A DNA stretch of 64,000 bases, taken from assembly GCA_035693505.1 (NCBI GenBank), contig DASSGK010000567.1:4734-68733 (forward strand), read 5' to 3'. The position numbers and the translations under genes are program-made. Source of the DNA: Vicinamibacterales bacterium (lineage in GTDB: Bacteria > Acidobacteriota > Vicinamibacteria > Vicinamibacterales > CAVVIG01). The notes under the pieces were generated by a model, which was not told the DNA's origin, did no database searches, and was given only the letters and a program-made list of their open reading frames with translations. This document shows, piece after piece, positions 36,424 to 45,122 of the stretch. Every line of letters starts with the position of its first letter. The stretch's first letter is position 1.

Positions 36424-37268
36424 GCGCCGTCGCCGCTCAGACCGATCGCCGATTCCGGAGGGCGCACGTGAAACCAGCGCGCCGGAAGAAGAGCTGGCGC
36501 GGCTTGCTCGTGCCGTTGCTGATCTGGGTCACCCTGACGCCGGCGTTGATCTTCGGCGCCTACCGCAGCGTGGCGATGGCCGCGCACGCGCACGTCCTGC
36601 AGGTCGACAAGATCGCGGTGCACGGCAACGAGCGGCTGTCGAAGGAAGACGTGATCGCGGTGCTCAGCGGGCTGCGCGGCGAGAACATCATCTGGACCGA
36701 CCTCGAGCACTGGCGCACCCGGCTGAAAGCGTCCCCCTGGGTGCGGGACGCCGTGATGCGCCGTTCGCTGCCGTCGACGGTCGACGTCTTCGTCTCCGAG
36801 CGCGAGCCGATCGGCATCGGCCGCATCCACTCGGACATGTACCTCGTCGACGAGCGGGGCGTCATCATCGATCAGTACGGTCCCCAGTACGCGGATCTGG
36901 ACCTGCCGATCATCGACGGCCTCTCGGCGGCGCCCGGCGAGAACGGCGCGCTGACCGATGAAGGCCGCGCGGATCTCGCCGCACGGGTGATCGCCGCCGT
37001 GAAATCGAAGCCGGCCATCGCCAAGCGCCTGTCGCAGGTCGACGTGTCCGATGCGCACAACGCCTCGGTGATCCTCAACAGCGATCCCGCGATGATTCAG
37101 CTCGGCGAGGACCAGTTCCTCGCACGGCTGCAGTCGTACCTCGATCTGGCGCCCGCGTTGCGCGAGCGCGTGACCGACATCGACTACGTCGATCTGCGGT
37201 TCGACGATCGCATCTACGTAAGACCGACCAAAGGAAGTCAGAAGTTACAAGGTAGAAGGCAGAAGTAA
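36420..37268 (+). CDS. ftsQ: cell division protein FtsQ
   Basis: N-terminal TM segment (LLVPLLIWVTLTPALIFGAY), POTRA-like region (IAVHGNERLSKEDV), and dcw position. The GTG start overlaps the murC stop (GTGA). Confidence 0.9.
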   Translation: MSAVAAQTDRRFRRAHVKPARRKKSWRGLLVPLLIWVTLTPALIFGAYRSVAMAAHAHVLQVDKIAVHGNERLSKEDVIAVLSGLRGENIIWTDLEHWRTRLKASPWVRDAVMRRSLPSTVDVFVSEREPIGIGRIHSDMYLVDERGVIIDQYGPQYADLDLPIIDGLSAAPGENGALTDEGRADLAARVIAAVKSKPAIAKRLSQVDVSDAHNASVILNSDPAMIQLGEDQFLARLQSYLDLAPALRERVTDIDYVDLRFDDRIYVRPTKGSQKLQGRRQK

Positions 37269-37288
37269 GAAGGCAGAAGTTAGAACGC
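37233..37288 (+). repeat. Purine-rich heptamer array (8 units of AGAAGKN) spanning the ftsQ stop codon
   Basis: GGAAGTC AGAAGTT ACAAGGT AGAAGGC AGAAGTA AGAAGGC AGAAGTT AGAACGC. It encodes the FtsQ tail KGSQKLQGRRQK and contains its TAA stop. AAGTCAGAAGTTA is shared with 53511-53523. Confidence 0.85.
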
Positions 37289-37310
37289 AGCGCAGGCCTG
37301 CGGGTCTGCC

Positions 37311-38564
37311 GTGAGGGGAGTGGAGTTGGCGCGAAAAGAGCGATACCTGGTCGGCCTGGACGTCGGTACTTCCAAAGTGTCGGCCGTCGTCGGTGAGATC
37401 CTCGAGGGGAACAGCCTCGACATCGTCGGGATCGGCGTCGCCGAGTCGCGCGGGATCCGGCGCGGCGTCGTCGTGAACCTCGAAGCCGCCGTCGACTCGA
37501 TCAAGAAGGCGATCGAGGAAGCCGAACTGATGGCGGGCGTCGAGATCGACTCGGTGCACCTGGCGCTGTCGGGCCCGCACATCAAGGGCTTCAACAGCCG
37601 GGGCGTGATCGCGGTGGCCGGCAAGAACCGGGAGATCACCCGCGAGGACGTGCGCCGTGCGATCGACGCGGCCAAGGCCGTCTCGCTGCCGACCGGCCGA
37701 GAGATTCTCCACGTGCTGCCCCAGGATTTCGTGGTCGACGAGCAGGACGGGATCGGAGCACCGGTGGGGATGACCGGCGCGCGTCTCGAGGTCAACGTCC
37801 ACATCGTCACCGGCAGCCAGAGCTCGACGCAGAACATCGTCGCGTGCGTGAACCGGGCCGGCGTGACGGTGGCCGAGACGCTCGTCGAGCAGTTGGCTGC
37901 GAGCGAGTCTGTGCTGACGGAGGACGAGAAGGAACTGGGCGTCGCGCTCGTCGACATCGGCGGCGGCACGACGGACATCGCGATCTACGAGCGTGGCAGC
38001 CTCTGGCACACGGCCGTGATCGGCGTCGGCGGTGATCACTTCACGAACGACATCGCCGTCGGCCTTCGAACGCCGGTACCGGATGCTGAAAAAATCAAGC
38101 GCAAGTGCGGCTGTGCGCTCTCGGGGATGGTCGACGAAGAAGAGACGATGGAAGTCGCGAGCGTCGGCGGGCGCAAGCCGCGCGTGATGGCGCGCCGGAT
38201 CCTGTCCGAAATCCTCCAGCCGCGTGCGGAGGAGATCTTCCATCTCGTCTGGGACGAAATCCGGCGCGCCGGGTACGAGAAGAGCCTGAATTCAGGAATC
38301 GTCCTGACCGGCGGCGGCGCGATTCTCGACGGCATGCCTGAAATCGCCGAGCAGATTTTCGATCTGCCGATCCGTCGCGGCTGCCCCGTCGGCGTCGGCG
38401 GGCTCGCCGATCACGTGAACAGCCCCACGTTCGCCACGGGCGTCGGGCTGGTGCTGTACGGCTGTCGGAATTCGACGGGTGAATCTTCGCGTGCTCCGCT
38501 CGGTGCGGGCGCGCTGGTGCGGGCCGCGGGGCGACTTCGCGGCTTGTTCAGGGAATTTTTCTAA
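37311..38564 (+). CDS. ftsA: cell division protein FtsA
   Basis: Actin-fold motifs (VGLDVGTSKV, VDIGGGTTDIA, LTGGGA). The start is uncertain: GTG at 37311, GTG at 37320 or TTG at 37326. Confidence 0.95.
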   Translation: MRGVELARKERYLVGLDVGTSKVSAVVGEILEGNSLDIVGIGVAESRGIRRGVVVNLEAAVDSIKKAIEEAELMAGVEIDSVHLALSGPHIKGFNSRGVIAVAGKNREITREDVRRAIDAAKAVSLPTGREILHVLPQDFVVDEQDGIGAPVGMTGARLEVNVHIVTGSQSSTQNIVACVNRAGVTVAETLVEQLAASESVLTEDEKELGVALVDIGGGTTDIAIYERGSLWHTAVIGVGGDHFTNDIAVGLRTPVPDAEKIKRKCGCALSGMVDEEETMEVASVGGRKPRVMARRILSEILQPRAEEIFHLVWDEIRRAGYEKSLNSGIVLTGGGAILDGMPEIAEQIFDLPIRRGCPVGVGGLADHVNSPTFATGVGLVLYGCRNSTGESSRAPLGAGALVRAAGRLRGLFREFF

Positions 38565-38599
38565 AGCGGGCTTCCAGCACCGCTGCATAGGAGCGATGA

Positions 38600-39958
38600 A
38601 TGGACGATTACACCAGCACCAGTGACGAGGCTCGACGACTGAGACTGCGCCTCGACGAGGAGGCGTGCGCGGGCGCCCGCATCAAAGTGGTCGGCGTGGG
38701 CGGCGGCGGCAGCAACGCCGTCAACCGGATGGTGCAGGCCGGATTCGACGGCGTGGAGTTCGTGGTCGCGAACACCGACCTCCAGGCGCTGCGCGCCAAC
38801 GCCGCGACCGTCAAGCTGCAGATCGGGAGCAAGCTGACGAAGGGGCTCGGCGCCGGCGCGGATCCGAACGTCGGGCGCCAGGCGGCGCTCGAGGACACGG
38901 AAAAAATCATCCAGGCGCTCGACGGCGCCGACATGATCTTCGTCACGACCGGGCTCGGCGGCGGCACCGGCACCGGCGCGGCGCCGGTAATTGCGAGTCT
39001 CGCCAGCGAGCTCGGCGCGCTGACGGTGGCCGTGGTCACCAAGCCGTTCAAGTTCGAAGGCCGCAAGCGCCAGATTCAGGCGGAGCAGGGACTCGAGGCG
39101 TTGCGCGACTGCGTCGACACGATCATCACGATTCCGAACGAGCGGCTGCTGACGATCATCGACCGCACGACCTCGATGACAGATGCCTTCATGACGGCCG
39201 ACGATGTGCTGCGTCAGGCGATTCAGGGCATCTCCGACCTCATCCTGGTGCCAGGCCTCATCAACCTCGACTTCGCGGACGTGAAAACGATCATGTCCGG
39301 CATGGGGTTGGCGATGATGGGCACCGGCATCGCCGAAGGTTCCGATCGCGCGATGGAGGCGGCGCGCCGGGCGATTTCGAGCCCGCTGCTCGAAGGCGCA
39401 TCGGTCAACGGCGCCCGCGGCGTGATCATCAATGTCACCGGCGGGCCGGACCTCTCGCTCGTCGAGGTCAGCGAAGCCTCGTGCATCGTCCAGGAAGCCG
39501 CCGACGAGGACGCCAACATCATCTTCGGCGCGGTGATCGATCCTTCCTTGAAGGGCAAGGTCAAGATCACCGTGATCGCCACCGGGTTCGCGGCATCCGC
39601 AATCTCGCAGCCCGTTGCGCCGTCGGCGCAGACCACGCCGGTGGACATGACGCAGTACACCGACTACGCGAAACAGCGCGGCGACATCGCTCCGGCGCCG
39701 GCGCCGGCGATGCCGGCGGCACGGATGACCATCGCGCGGCGTCCGCTGCTCGATCTGCCGATGGCCGCCAGCGGCGGCTCCTCGATGCCTTCCAGCTCGT
39801 CAGCGCCGCCCGCGAGTCAGCAGACATCGTCGGCTGCACTGCCCGGAGCTGATTCCCTGCGAATCAGGGCTGGAGTCGATCCCGAACCGGCGGATCCCGA
39901 CTACGAGCTCAGCACGACGTTCGATGTCCCGGCGTTCCTCCGGAGGCAGGAAGGCTGA
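38600..39958 (+). CDS. ftsZ: cell division GTPase FtsZ
   Basis: [11 protein letters not shown] and [13 protein letters not shown] tubulin signature. Disordered linker and a conserved C-terminal DVPAFLRRQ peptide. AGGAG RBS upstream. Confidence 0.97.
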   Translation: MDDYTSTSDEARRLRLRLDEEACAGARIKVVGVGGGGSNAVNRMVQAGFDGVEFVVANTDLQALRANAATVKLQIGSKLTKGLGAGADPNVGRQAALEDTEKIIQALDGADMIFVTTGLGGGTGTGAAPVIASLASELGALTVAVVTKPFKFEGRKRQIQAEQGLEALRDCVDTIITIPNERLLTIIDRTTSMTDAFMTADDVLRQAIQGISDLILVPGLINLDFADVKTIMSGMGLAMMGTGIAEGSDRAMEAARRAISSPLLEGASVNGARGVIINVTGGPDLSLVEVSEASCIVQEAADEDANIIFGAVIDPSLKGKVKITVIATGFAASAISQPVAPSAQTTPVDMTQYTDYAKQRGDIAPAPAPAMPAARMTIARRPLLDLPMAASGGSSMPSSSSAPPASQQTSSAALPGADSLRIRAGVDPEPADPDYELSTTFDVPAFLRRQEG

Positions 39959-39982
39959 GCGATCGGCGCCTTTCCCTACGAT

Positions 39983-40032
39983 CGGCGTTCTCGGTGGTAG
40001 AGTAGATAGATCCACGGCACACGAGAACGCCG
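39983..40032 (+). terminator. stem-loop downstream of ftsZ (possible terminator; no U-tract)
   Basis: CGGCGTTCTCG (39983-39993) pairs perfectly with CGAGAACGCCG (40022-40032). The 28-nt loop contains a smaller GTGG/CCAC stem. Confidence 0.35.
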
Positions 40033-40091
40033 ACGTCCGAGCGTGAGCGCGCGGACGCCCCGACCCGGTGCAGGACAGGCCGGATCACCGC

Positions 40092-41837
40092 ATGAATTCC
40101 TGGGAACAGCGCGAACGCGCACAGCTCACCCTTTCGAAAGAAGTCGGCTACGTCAAGAAGCCGCACGGCAGCCGCCTGCGCGTCGCCCTGGCGTTTCCAA
40201 ACACGTACTGGGTCGGGATGTCGAATCTCGGCTTCCAGACCATCTACCGGCTCTTCAACGCCGAAGACGACATCGTCTGCGAGCGGTTCTTTCTGCCGCC
40301 GAAGCAGGAGCTTGCCGCGATGTCTTCGGCGAAATCGCCGCTCCTGACGCTGGAATCACAAACGCCGGTCGGCGACTTCGACGTGGTGGCGTTCTCCGTC
40401 TCCTTCGAGTGGGACTACGTGAACGTGCTCACGCTGCTGCGCCTCGCCGGCATTCCTGCCTACGCCGCCGAGCGCTCGTCGCGTCATCCGCTGATTGTCG
40501 TCGGCGGCGCGGTGACGTTCGTCAACCCTGAACCGCTCGCGCTGTTCGCCGACGTGATTGCCGCCGGCGAAGGCGAAGTGCTCGTGCCCGGCCTTCGCCG
40601 CTCGGTTGCGGCCGCCGCCGACCGAGATCACCTGCTGCAACTCCTCGCCGCGGAGCGCGGCTTCTACATTCCCGCCTTCTACGAGCCGCGCTACGCCGCC
40701 GACGGGACGCTGGCGGGATACGCCGTGCGCGAAGGCATCGACGCTCCGGCGATCGTGAAGAAGGCGGCGCTGAAGGTGACCGACGCGGTCGATCCACCGG
40801 CGACCGGCATCTTCACTCCCGACACGGAATTCGGATCGCGCTTTCTGGTCGAAGTCGTTCGCGGCTGCGCGAACCTCTGCCGCTTCTGCTGGGCGGGCTA
40901 CAACTATCTACCCGTCCGTGCGTTCCCCGCCGATCGGATCCTGCAGCTCGCGCGAGAGGCGCGGGTACATTCGAACCGGGTCGGCCTTGTCTCGATTGCA
41001 CTCTGCGATCATCCCGAGATCGATCGCATTCTCGCGAACCTTCTCGAGATGGGGTACGCCATCAGCCCCGCGTCTTTACGGCTGGACGATCTCACGCAGT
41101 CGATCGTCCAGGTGCTGACGGCGAGCGGCGAGCGAACGATCACCATCGCGCCGGAGACCGGTTCCGATCGCCTGCGCCGCGTGATCAACAAGACGGTGAC
41201 CAACGACGAAATCCTCGATCGCGCCGATTTGATCTTCGCGAACGGCATCGAGAACCTGAAGCTCTACTACATGATCGGCCTCCCCACCGAGACGGACGAA
41301 GACCTGGTGGCGATTCGGGATCTCACCCTCCAGATCCGCGATCGCATGTTGAAGTACGCGCGCTCCAAGGGACAGGTCGGCCGGATTGTCGGCAGCGTGA
41401 ACCCGCTGATTCCCAAACCCGGCACCGCGTACCAGTGGATCCCGATGGAGGACCCGGCCGTGATCGATCGCAAGATCAAACGGCTGCGGTCGCTCACCGC
41501 CGACATCGACAACGTCTACTTCAACATCAAGTCGGAGCGGCACTCCTACTTCCAGGCGCTGCTGTCGCTCGGCGACCGTCGCGTGGCGCCGGCGATTGCC
41601 ATCGCCGAACAGAACGGACAGAACTGGCGCGCCGCCGTCGCCGACGCGGGCATCGACGGCGACTTTTACATCTTCCGCGACCGCAGCAAGGACGCCGCGC
41701 TGCCGTGGGACATCATCGACGGCGGCATGAAGCGCTCGTTCTTCGAGGCCGAGTACGGCAAGAGCCTTCGAGAGGAGTGGACGCTCCCACCCAAGCGCGC
41801 GCAGGAGAACGCCAAGCTACTGCCGGTAATTCAGTAG
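40092..41837 (+). CDS. B12-binding-domain radical SAM protein (TIGR03960-like)
   Basis: LRVALAFPNTYWVGMSNLGFQTIY N-terminal domain and the CANLCRFCWAGY CxxxCxxC cluster motif. A GTG at 40068 is an alternative start. Confidence 0.8.
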   Translation: MNSWEQRERAQLTLSKEVGYVKKPHGSRLRVALAFPNTYWVGMSNLGFQTIYRLFNAEDDIVCERFFLPPKQELAAMSSAKSPLLTLESQTPVGDFDVVAFSVSFEWDYVNVLTLLRLAGIPAYAAERSSRHPLIVVGGAVTFVNPEPLALFADVIAAGEGEVLVPGLRRSVAAAADRDHLLQLLAAERGFYIPAFYEPRYAADGTLAGYAVREGIDAPAIVKKAALKVTDAVDPPATGIFTPDTEFGSRFLVEVVRGCANLCRFCWAGYNYLPVRAFPADRILQLAREARVHSNRVGLVSIALCDHPEIDRILANLLEMGYAISPASLRLDDLTQSIVQVLTASGERTITIAPETGSDRLRRVINKTVTNDEILDRADLIFANGIENLKLYYMIGLPTETDEDLVAIRDLTLQIRDRMLKYARSKGQVGRIVGSVNPLIPKPGTAYQWIPMEDPAVIDRKIKRLRSLTADIDNVYFNIKSERHSYFQALLSLGDRRVAPAIAIAEQNGQNWRAAVADAGIDGDFYIFRDRSKDAALPWDIIDGGMKRSFFEAEYGKSLREEWTLPPKRAQENAKLLPVIQ

Positions 41838-41953
41838 GGCATTGAGTAATTGGGTAATCTGGTAATTGGGTAATGGTTGGGTGATTGCCAATCAACTACC
41901 CGACGATCCGATTACCCGATTACCCGATTATCCAATTCCCCAATTACCAGCTG
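41838..41953. repeat. TGGGTAA heptamer-based imperfect hairpin between convergent genes
   Basis: Left arm GAGTAATTGGGTAATCTGGTAATTGGGTAATGGTTGGGTGATTG. Centre GATTG-C-CAATC at 41883-41893. Right arm CAACTACCCGACGATCCGATTACCCGATTACCCGATTATCCAATTCCCCAATTAC. It fills the whole gap between two stop codons. Confidence 0.85.
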
Positions 41954-42250
41954 CTAACTGGCGATTGCGGCTCGCTCCTCGTATTCCTGAAACGCTTCCA
42001 GAATCAGATCCCGCAGCTTCGCCTGCGCCGTACTGTCGACGATGGGCCGCAACAGCGCGAAGCTGCGGCGGTCACCGTTGACCACGTACGATCGCGCCGG
42101 GAACGTGACGTTGCGGCCGTTGCCGCCGCGGCGTTCCCAGACGGAGAAGCCAATCAGCTTCAGGCCTTCCATCGGACCATCGCTGAAGTGGAGCTCGGCG
42201 TCGGCGAGCTTTCCGGGCGGATTCCCTTTGTCGTTCGGCATAATCTTGAT
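41954..42250 (-). CDS. small SpoVG-like protein (hypothetical)
   Basis: MTIKIMPNDKGNPPGKLADAELHFSDGPMEGLKLIGFSVWERRGGNGRNVTFPARSY...FALLRPI... follows the beta-rich SpoVG-like layout. That assessment rests on my pattern recognition, not a search. Start chosen at the ATG at 42250; 42274 is possible. Confidence 0.4.
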   Translation of the reverse strand: MKIMPNDKGNPPGKLADAELHFSDGPMEGLKLIGFSVWERRGGNGRNVTFPARSYVVNGDRRSFALLRPIVDSTAQAKLRDLILEAFQEYEERAAIAS

Positions 42251-42405
42251 CGTCATGCCGCCGGAATCATCAAGGCGCATGCCGGTTGCATGATTCGAAC
42301 GGCGATGCCGCAAGGGGAAGCGAACGTTGATGTTGATGGATCGGGACAGGCGGACTGCTCGTGGGGGGCGCGAAGAGACGGCGGAGAATGCCAACCGGCG
42401 TTGCG

Positions 42406-42789
42406 TCAGTCGCCCAGAATCATCACCTGCGCCATCGCCAGCGCGTCGGTGTGAGTAATAGTCAACAACGAGGATCGTCCGCCCATCGTCGCGAATCGGC
42501 GGGCGGCGCCGCCATGCAACCGTAGTTGCGGAGGACCGCCGCGGCGGACCACTTCGACGTCACGCCAGAGGACGCCCTGCGAGTGGCCGGTCCCGAGCGC
42601 CTTCATTGCCGCTTCCTTCGAGGCGAAGCGACCCGCGAAATGAATCGCCGCCTCCTTCCGGCGCATGCAGTAGGCGATCTCGCCTTCCGTGAAGATGCGC
42701 TGCAGGAACCGTGTCCCGTACCGATCGATCGTGCTGACGATGCGGGGGATCTCGGTGAGGTCGATACCCAGGCCGATGATGTTTGGCAT
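42406..42789 (-). CDS. acpS: holo-[acyl-carrier-protein] synthase
   Basis: IIGLGIDLTEIPRI, FTEGEIAYC, FAGRFASKEAAMKALG and LTITHTD are the classic AcpS pattern. Confidence 0.95.
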   Translation of the reverse strand: MPNIIGLGIDLTEIPRIVSTIDRYGTRFLQRIFTEGEIAYCMRRKEAAIHFAGRFASKEAAMKALGTGHSQGVLWRDVEVVRRGGPPQLRLHGGAARRFATMGGRSSLLTITHTDALAMAQVMILGD

Positions 42790-42807
42790 GATCAGGAATC
42801 AGAACCG

Positions 42808-43599
42808 ATGAATTCACAGCCTAACGACGGTTTCGAGTGGGTGCAAGCGGCCGGCGGCCCGGCGCTGGTGTGTGTGCCACTCCGGCCGTTTGCCGATCAT
42901 CTCTTTACGACGCGCGATTGGGCGCTCGGGTCCCCCGCCGGCGGCGCGGACGCGGATTGGCAGCCGGTGGCGGCCTCGCTCGGCGTCGATGCGGCTCACC
43001 TCGTCCGATTGCACCAGGTCCACGGCGCCGCGGTCGTCGTCAGGCGCGCGGGAGACGGCCGGCCAGTCCAGCCGCGTCCCAATGCCGACATCGTTGTCTC
43101 AGACGACGCGTCGGTGGCGCTGGCCATCCAGACGGCGGACTGCGTGCCTTTGCTGATCGCGGACCGCGCGACCGGTGTGGTAGCGGCAGCGCACGCGGGG
43201 TGGCGCGGCCTTGCCGCCGGGGTTCCAGGAGTGACGGTCGTCGCCCTCACGCACGAGTTCGGAAGCGCGCCCGCGAACTTGATCGCCGCGGTCGGCCCTT
43301 CGATCAGCGCCGAGCGCTACGAGGTCGGGGAGGACGTGCGAGCGCATTTTCTCGCGTCGGGATGGCCCGCCGCCCGGCTCGAACGATGGTTTCCGTCCGC
43401 CACGCGTCAGGGTCACTGGCTGTTCGATGGATGGGAATCGGTGCGCGATCAGTTGCTGTCGGCGGGCGTTCCTGGTTCCAGCATCTATTCGGCGGCGCTC
43501 TGCACGTCCGCCAATCCCGATCTGTTCTGCTCGTACCGCCGCGATGGCAAAGGCGCCGGGCGGATCGCGGCTGCTATTCGACGATCGTCGCTCGGCTAA
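42808..43599 (+). CDS. pgeF: peptidoglycan editing factor PgeF (YfiH/DUF152 laccase-domain protein)
   Basis: LHQVHGAAVVV, TADCVPLL, HAGWRG and CTSANPDLFCSYRRDG motifs. Start is the ATG at 42808; the track ORF start at 42526 is antisense to acpS. Confidence 0.9.
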   Translation: MNSQPNDGFEWVQAAGGPALVCVPLRPFADHLFTTRDWALGSPAGGADADWQPVAASLGVDAAHLVRLHQVHGAAVVVRRAGDGRPVQPRPNADIVVSDDASVALAIQTADCVPLLIADRATGVVAAAHAGWRGLAAGVPGVTVVALTHEFGSAPANLIAAVGPSISAERYEVGEDVRAHFLASGWPAARLERWFPSATRQGHWLFDGWESVRDQLLSAGVPGSSIYSAALCTSANPDLFCSYRRDGKGAGRIAAAIRRSSLG

Positions 43600-43613
43600 A
43601 GCCTTCGCGCTAC
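43589..43613. repeat. Third exact copy (reverse orientation) of the 25-mer element, containing the pgeF stop codon
   Basis: CGCTCGGCTAAAGCCTTCGCGCTAC is the reverse complement of GTAGCGCGAAGGCTTTAGCCGAGCG. The TAA at 43597-43599 in the GGCTAAAGCC loop is the pgeF stop. Confidence 0.9.
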
Positions 43614-43652
43614 GGCCTGCATCGGATGAAAACGTTTTCGGCGTTCGATGAG

Positions 43653-44141
43653 TTAGCGCGACGCGGCGTCGTCCATCGCCGTGTTGGCCAGACGATCGGC
43701 GTGCGCGTTCAGCGAACGTCCCACGTGCTCGAAGGTGACGCGGCCGATCTCGTGCGCGAGCATGCGCGCCTTGGCGTGCAGCGGCTGCAACCCTGCGTTC
43801 TTCACCTTGTAGTTGCCGAGCATCTGCTGGACGAGCAGGAGCGAATCGGACCGCACGTGCAATCGCTCCGCGCCATGACGTTTGGCCCAGTCGAGCGCGG
43901 CCAGCAGCGCGCGGTATTCGGCCACGTTGTTCGTAGCGACGCCGATGGATTCCGCGAATTCTTCGACGAGCGTGCCGTCAGGCTGCTCGATGCGGACGCC
44001 GAAGCCCGCCGGTCCCGGGTTACCACGCGCGCCGCCGTCGATGTAGGCCACGATGTGGCCCGTTGACGGGCCGTCCGAGAAAGGCAGCGTCTGCCCTGAG
44101 CCCTTTTGAGGGGCCTGCCCTGAGCTTCGTCGAAGGGTCAC
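43653..44141 (-). CDS. rnhA: ribonuclease HI
   Basis: YIDGGARGNPGPAG, TNNVAEYRALL and HADRLAN catalytic motifs. Start set to the GTG at 44141, which overlaps the upstream stop (GTGA). If the repeat-derived first ~28 codons are untranslated, the GTG at 44051 is the start. Confidence 0.85.
   Translation of the reverse strand: MTLRRSSGQAPQKGSGQTLPFSDGPSTGHIVAYIDGGARGNPGPAGFGVRIEQPDGTLVEEFAESIGVATNNVAEYRALLAALDWAKRHGAERLHVRSDSLLLVQQMLGNYKVKNAGLQPLHAKARMLAHEIGRVTFEHVGRSLNAHADRLANTAMDDAASR
44061..44137. repeat. Two GCTCAGGGCAG units at the rnhA 5' end
   Basis: The minus strand reads TTCGACGAAGCTCAGGGCAGGCCCCTCAAAAGGGCTCAGGGCAGACGCTGCC. The 16-mer AAGGGCTCAGGGCAGA is also present at 32236-32251. 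Confidence 0.8.
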
Positions 44142-44890
44142 GATGCCGGCTGGGGCGACGCGTCTGCCGCGGGAGTCGCCGCCTTCACGGGAACGAAGAA
44201 CAGGATCCGGTTGCAGCTGTCGCACTGAACGATCTCTTCGTTGCGGCGCACCGTGTTGAAGACCTGCGGGCGGAGCCGCACGTGGCAGATCGTGCAGATG
44301 CCATCGCGCGCCTCGGCCACCGCCACACCGTTGCGCTTGCGCGACACGGCCTCGAACGTCGTGAGCACCTGTTTGTCGAGGCTGCCGACCAGCGAGGAAC
44401 GTTCCGCGACGATGCGCTCGAGCGCGGCTTCCATTTCACCGTGGGCGGCCTTCATCGTCTTGCGATCGGCATCCACGGCCTTCGTTTCGGCGGCAAGCTT
44501 GCCCTCGGCGGCTTTCAGGCTGGCGGTGAGGTCGTCGCTCTCCACCATCCGCTCGAGGATCGAATCTTCGATTTTCTTGACTTCGGTTTGCGCGAAGGTG
44601 ATTTCGTGCTGAATCGCGTGGTATTCCTGGTTGGTCTTGACCGCCATCGCCTGCTCGCGGAACTTCGACAGGCGTCCCTGCTGCACCGCGACATCCTTCT
44701 CGAGCGCGGCGCGGGCGCTCTTGTTGGCCGCGACCCGGTCTTTCGCGGCGGCCACCTCCTGCCGCGCCGCTTCGAGCCGCGCTTCGAGCGCGCGCTCGTG
44801 CTCCGGCTCCGACGCGAGCTGCTTGCGCGCGGCGTCCGCCGTGTTGTCGAGTTTCTGCAGTGCGATGAGTCGTTCCAGGTCGGCGTTCAT
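44138..44890 (-). CDS. zinc-ribbon coiled-coil protein (COG1579/DUF164 family)
   Basis: Long coiled coil followed by CTICHVRLRPQ...CDSCNRILF, a C4 zinc ribbon. It shows the usual neighbourhood with RNase H. Confidence 0.8.
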   Translation of the reverse strand: MNADLERLIALQKLDNTADAARKQLASEPEHERALEARLEAARQEVAAAKDRVAANKSARAALEKDVAVQQGRLSKFREQAMAVKTNQEYHAIQHEITFAQTEVKKIEDSILERMVESDDLTASLKAAEGKLAAETKAVDADRKTMKAAHGEMEAALERIVAERSSLVGSLDKQVLTTFEAVSRKRNGVAVAEARDGICTICHVRLRPQVFNTVRRNEEIVQCDSCNRILFFVPVKAATPAADASPQPAS

Positions 44891-44904
44891 GAGTCCTTTG
44901 GGGC

Positions 44905-44932
44905 AAAAAAAAGGCCCCGCCGAAGCGGAGCC
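44905..44932 (-). terminator. Rho-independent terminator downstream of tRNA-Met
   Basis: On the minus strand: GGCUCCGC-UUCG-GCGGGGCC followed by U8. The stem is 8 bp with one G-U pair and a UUCG tetraloop. Confidence 0.8.
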
Positions 44933-45045
44933 TGAATTCTACACGTTGTGATGACCGTGTCCGCCTTCGCCGCCTTGCGGCTTCGGCGCGACACCTTCGC
45001 GTGGGCTTGCCACGCCGAAGCTCGCGCGGCAAGCGCGAGCGAAGG

Positions 45046-45118
45046 TGGGCCCACCAGGATTCGAACCTGGAACAGGCCGGTTATGAGCCGGCGGCTCTAA
45101 CCGTTGAGCTATGGGCCC
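45046..45118 (-). tRNA. tRNA-Met (anticodon CAT), elongator-type or possibly tRNA-Ile2
   Basis: The reverse complement folds as a cloverleaf: GGGCCCA TA GCTC AACGGTTA GAGC C GCCGG CTCATAA CCGGC CTGTT CCAGG TTCGAAT CCTGG TGGGCCC A. The G1-C72 pair argues against an initiator tRNA. CCA is not fully encoded (ACCt). Confidence 0.9.
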
Positions 45119-45122
45119 TTGG

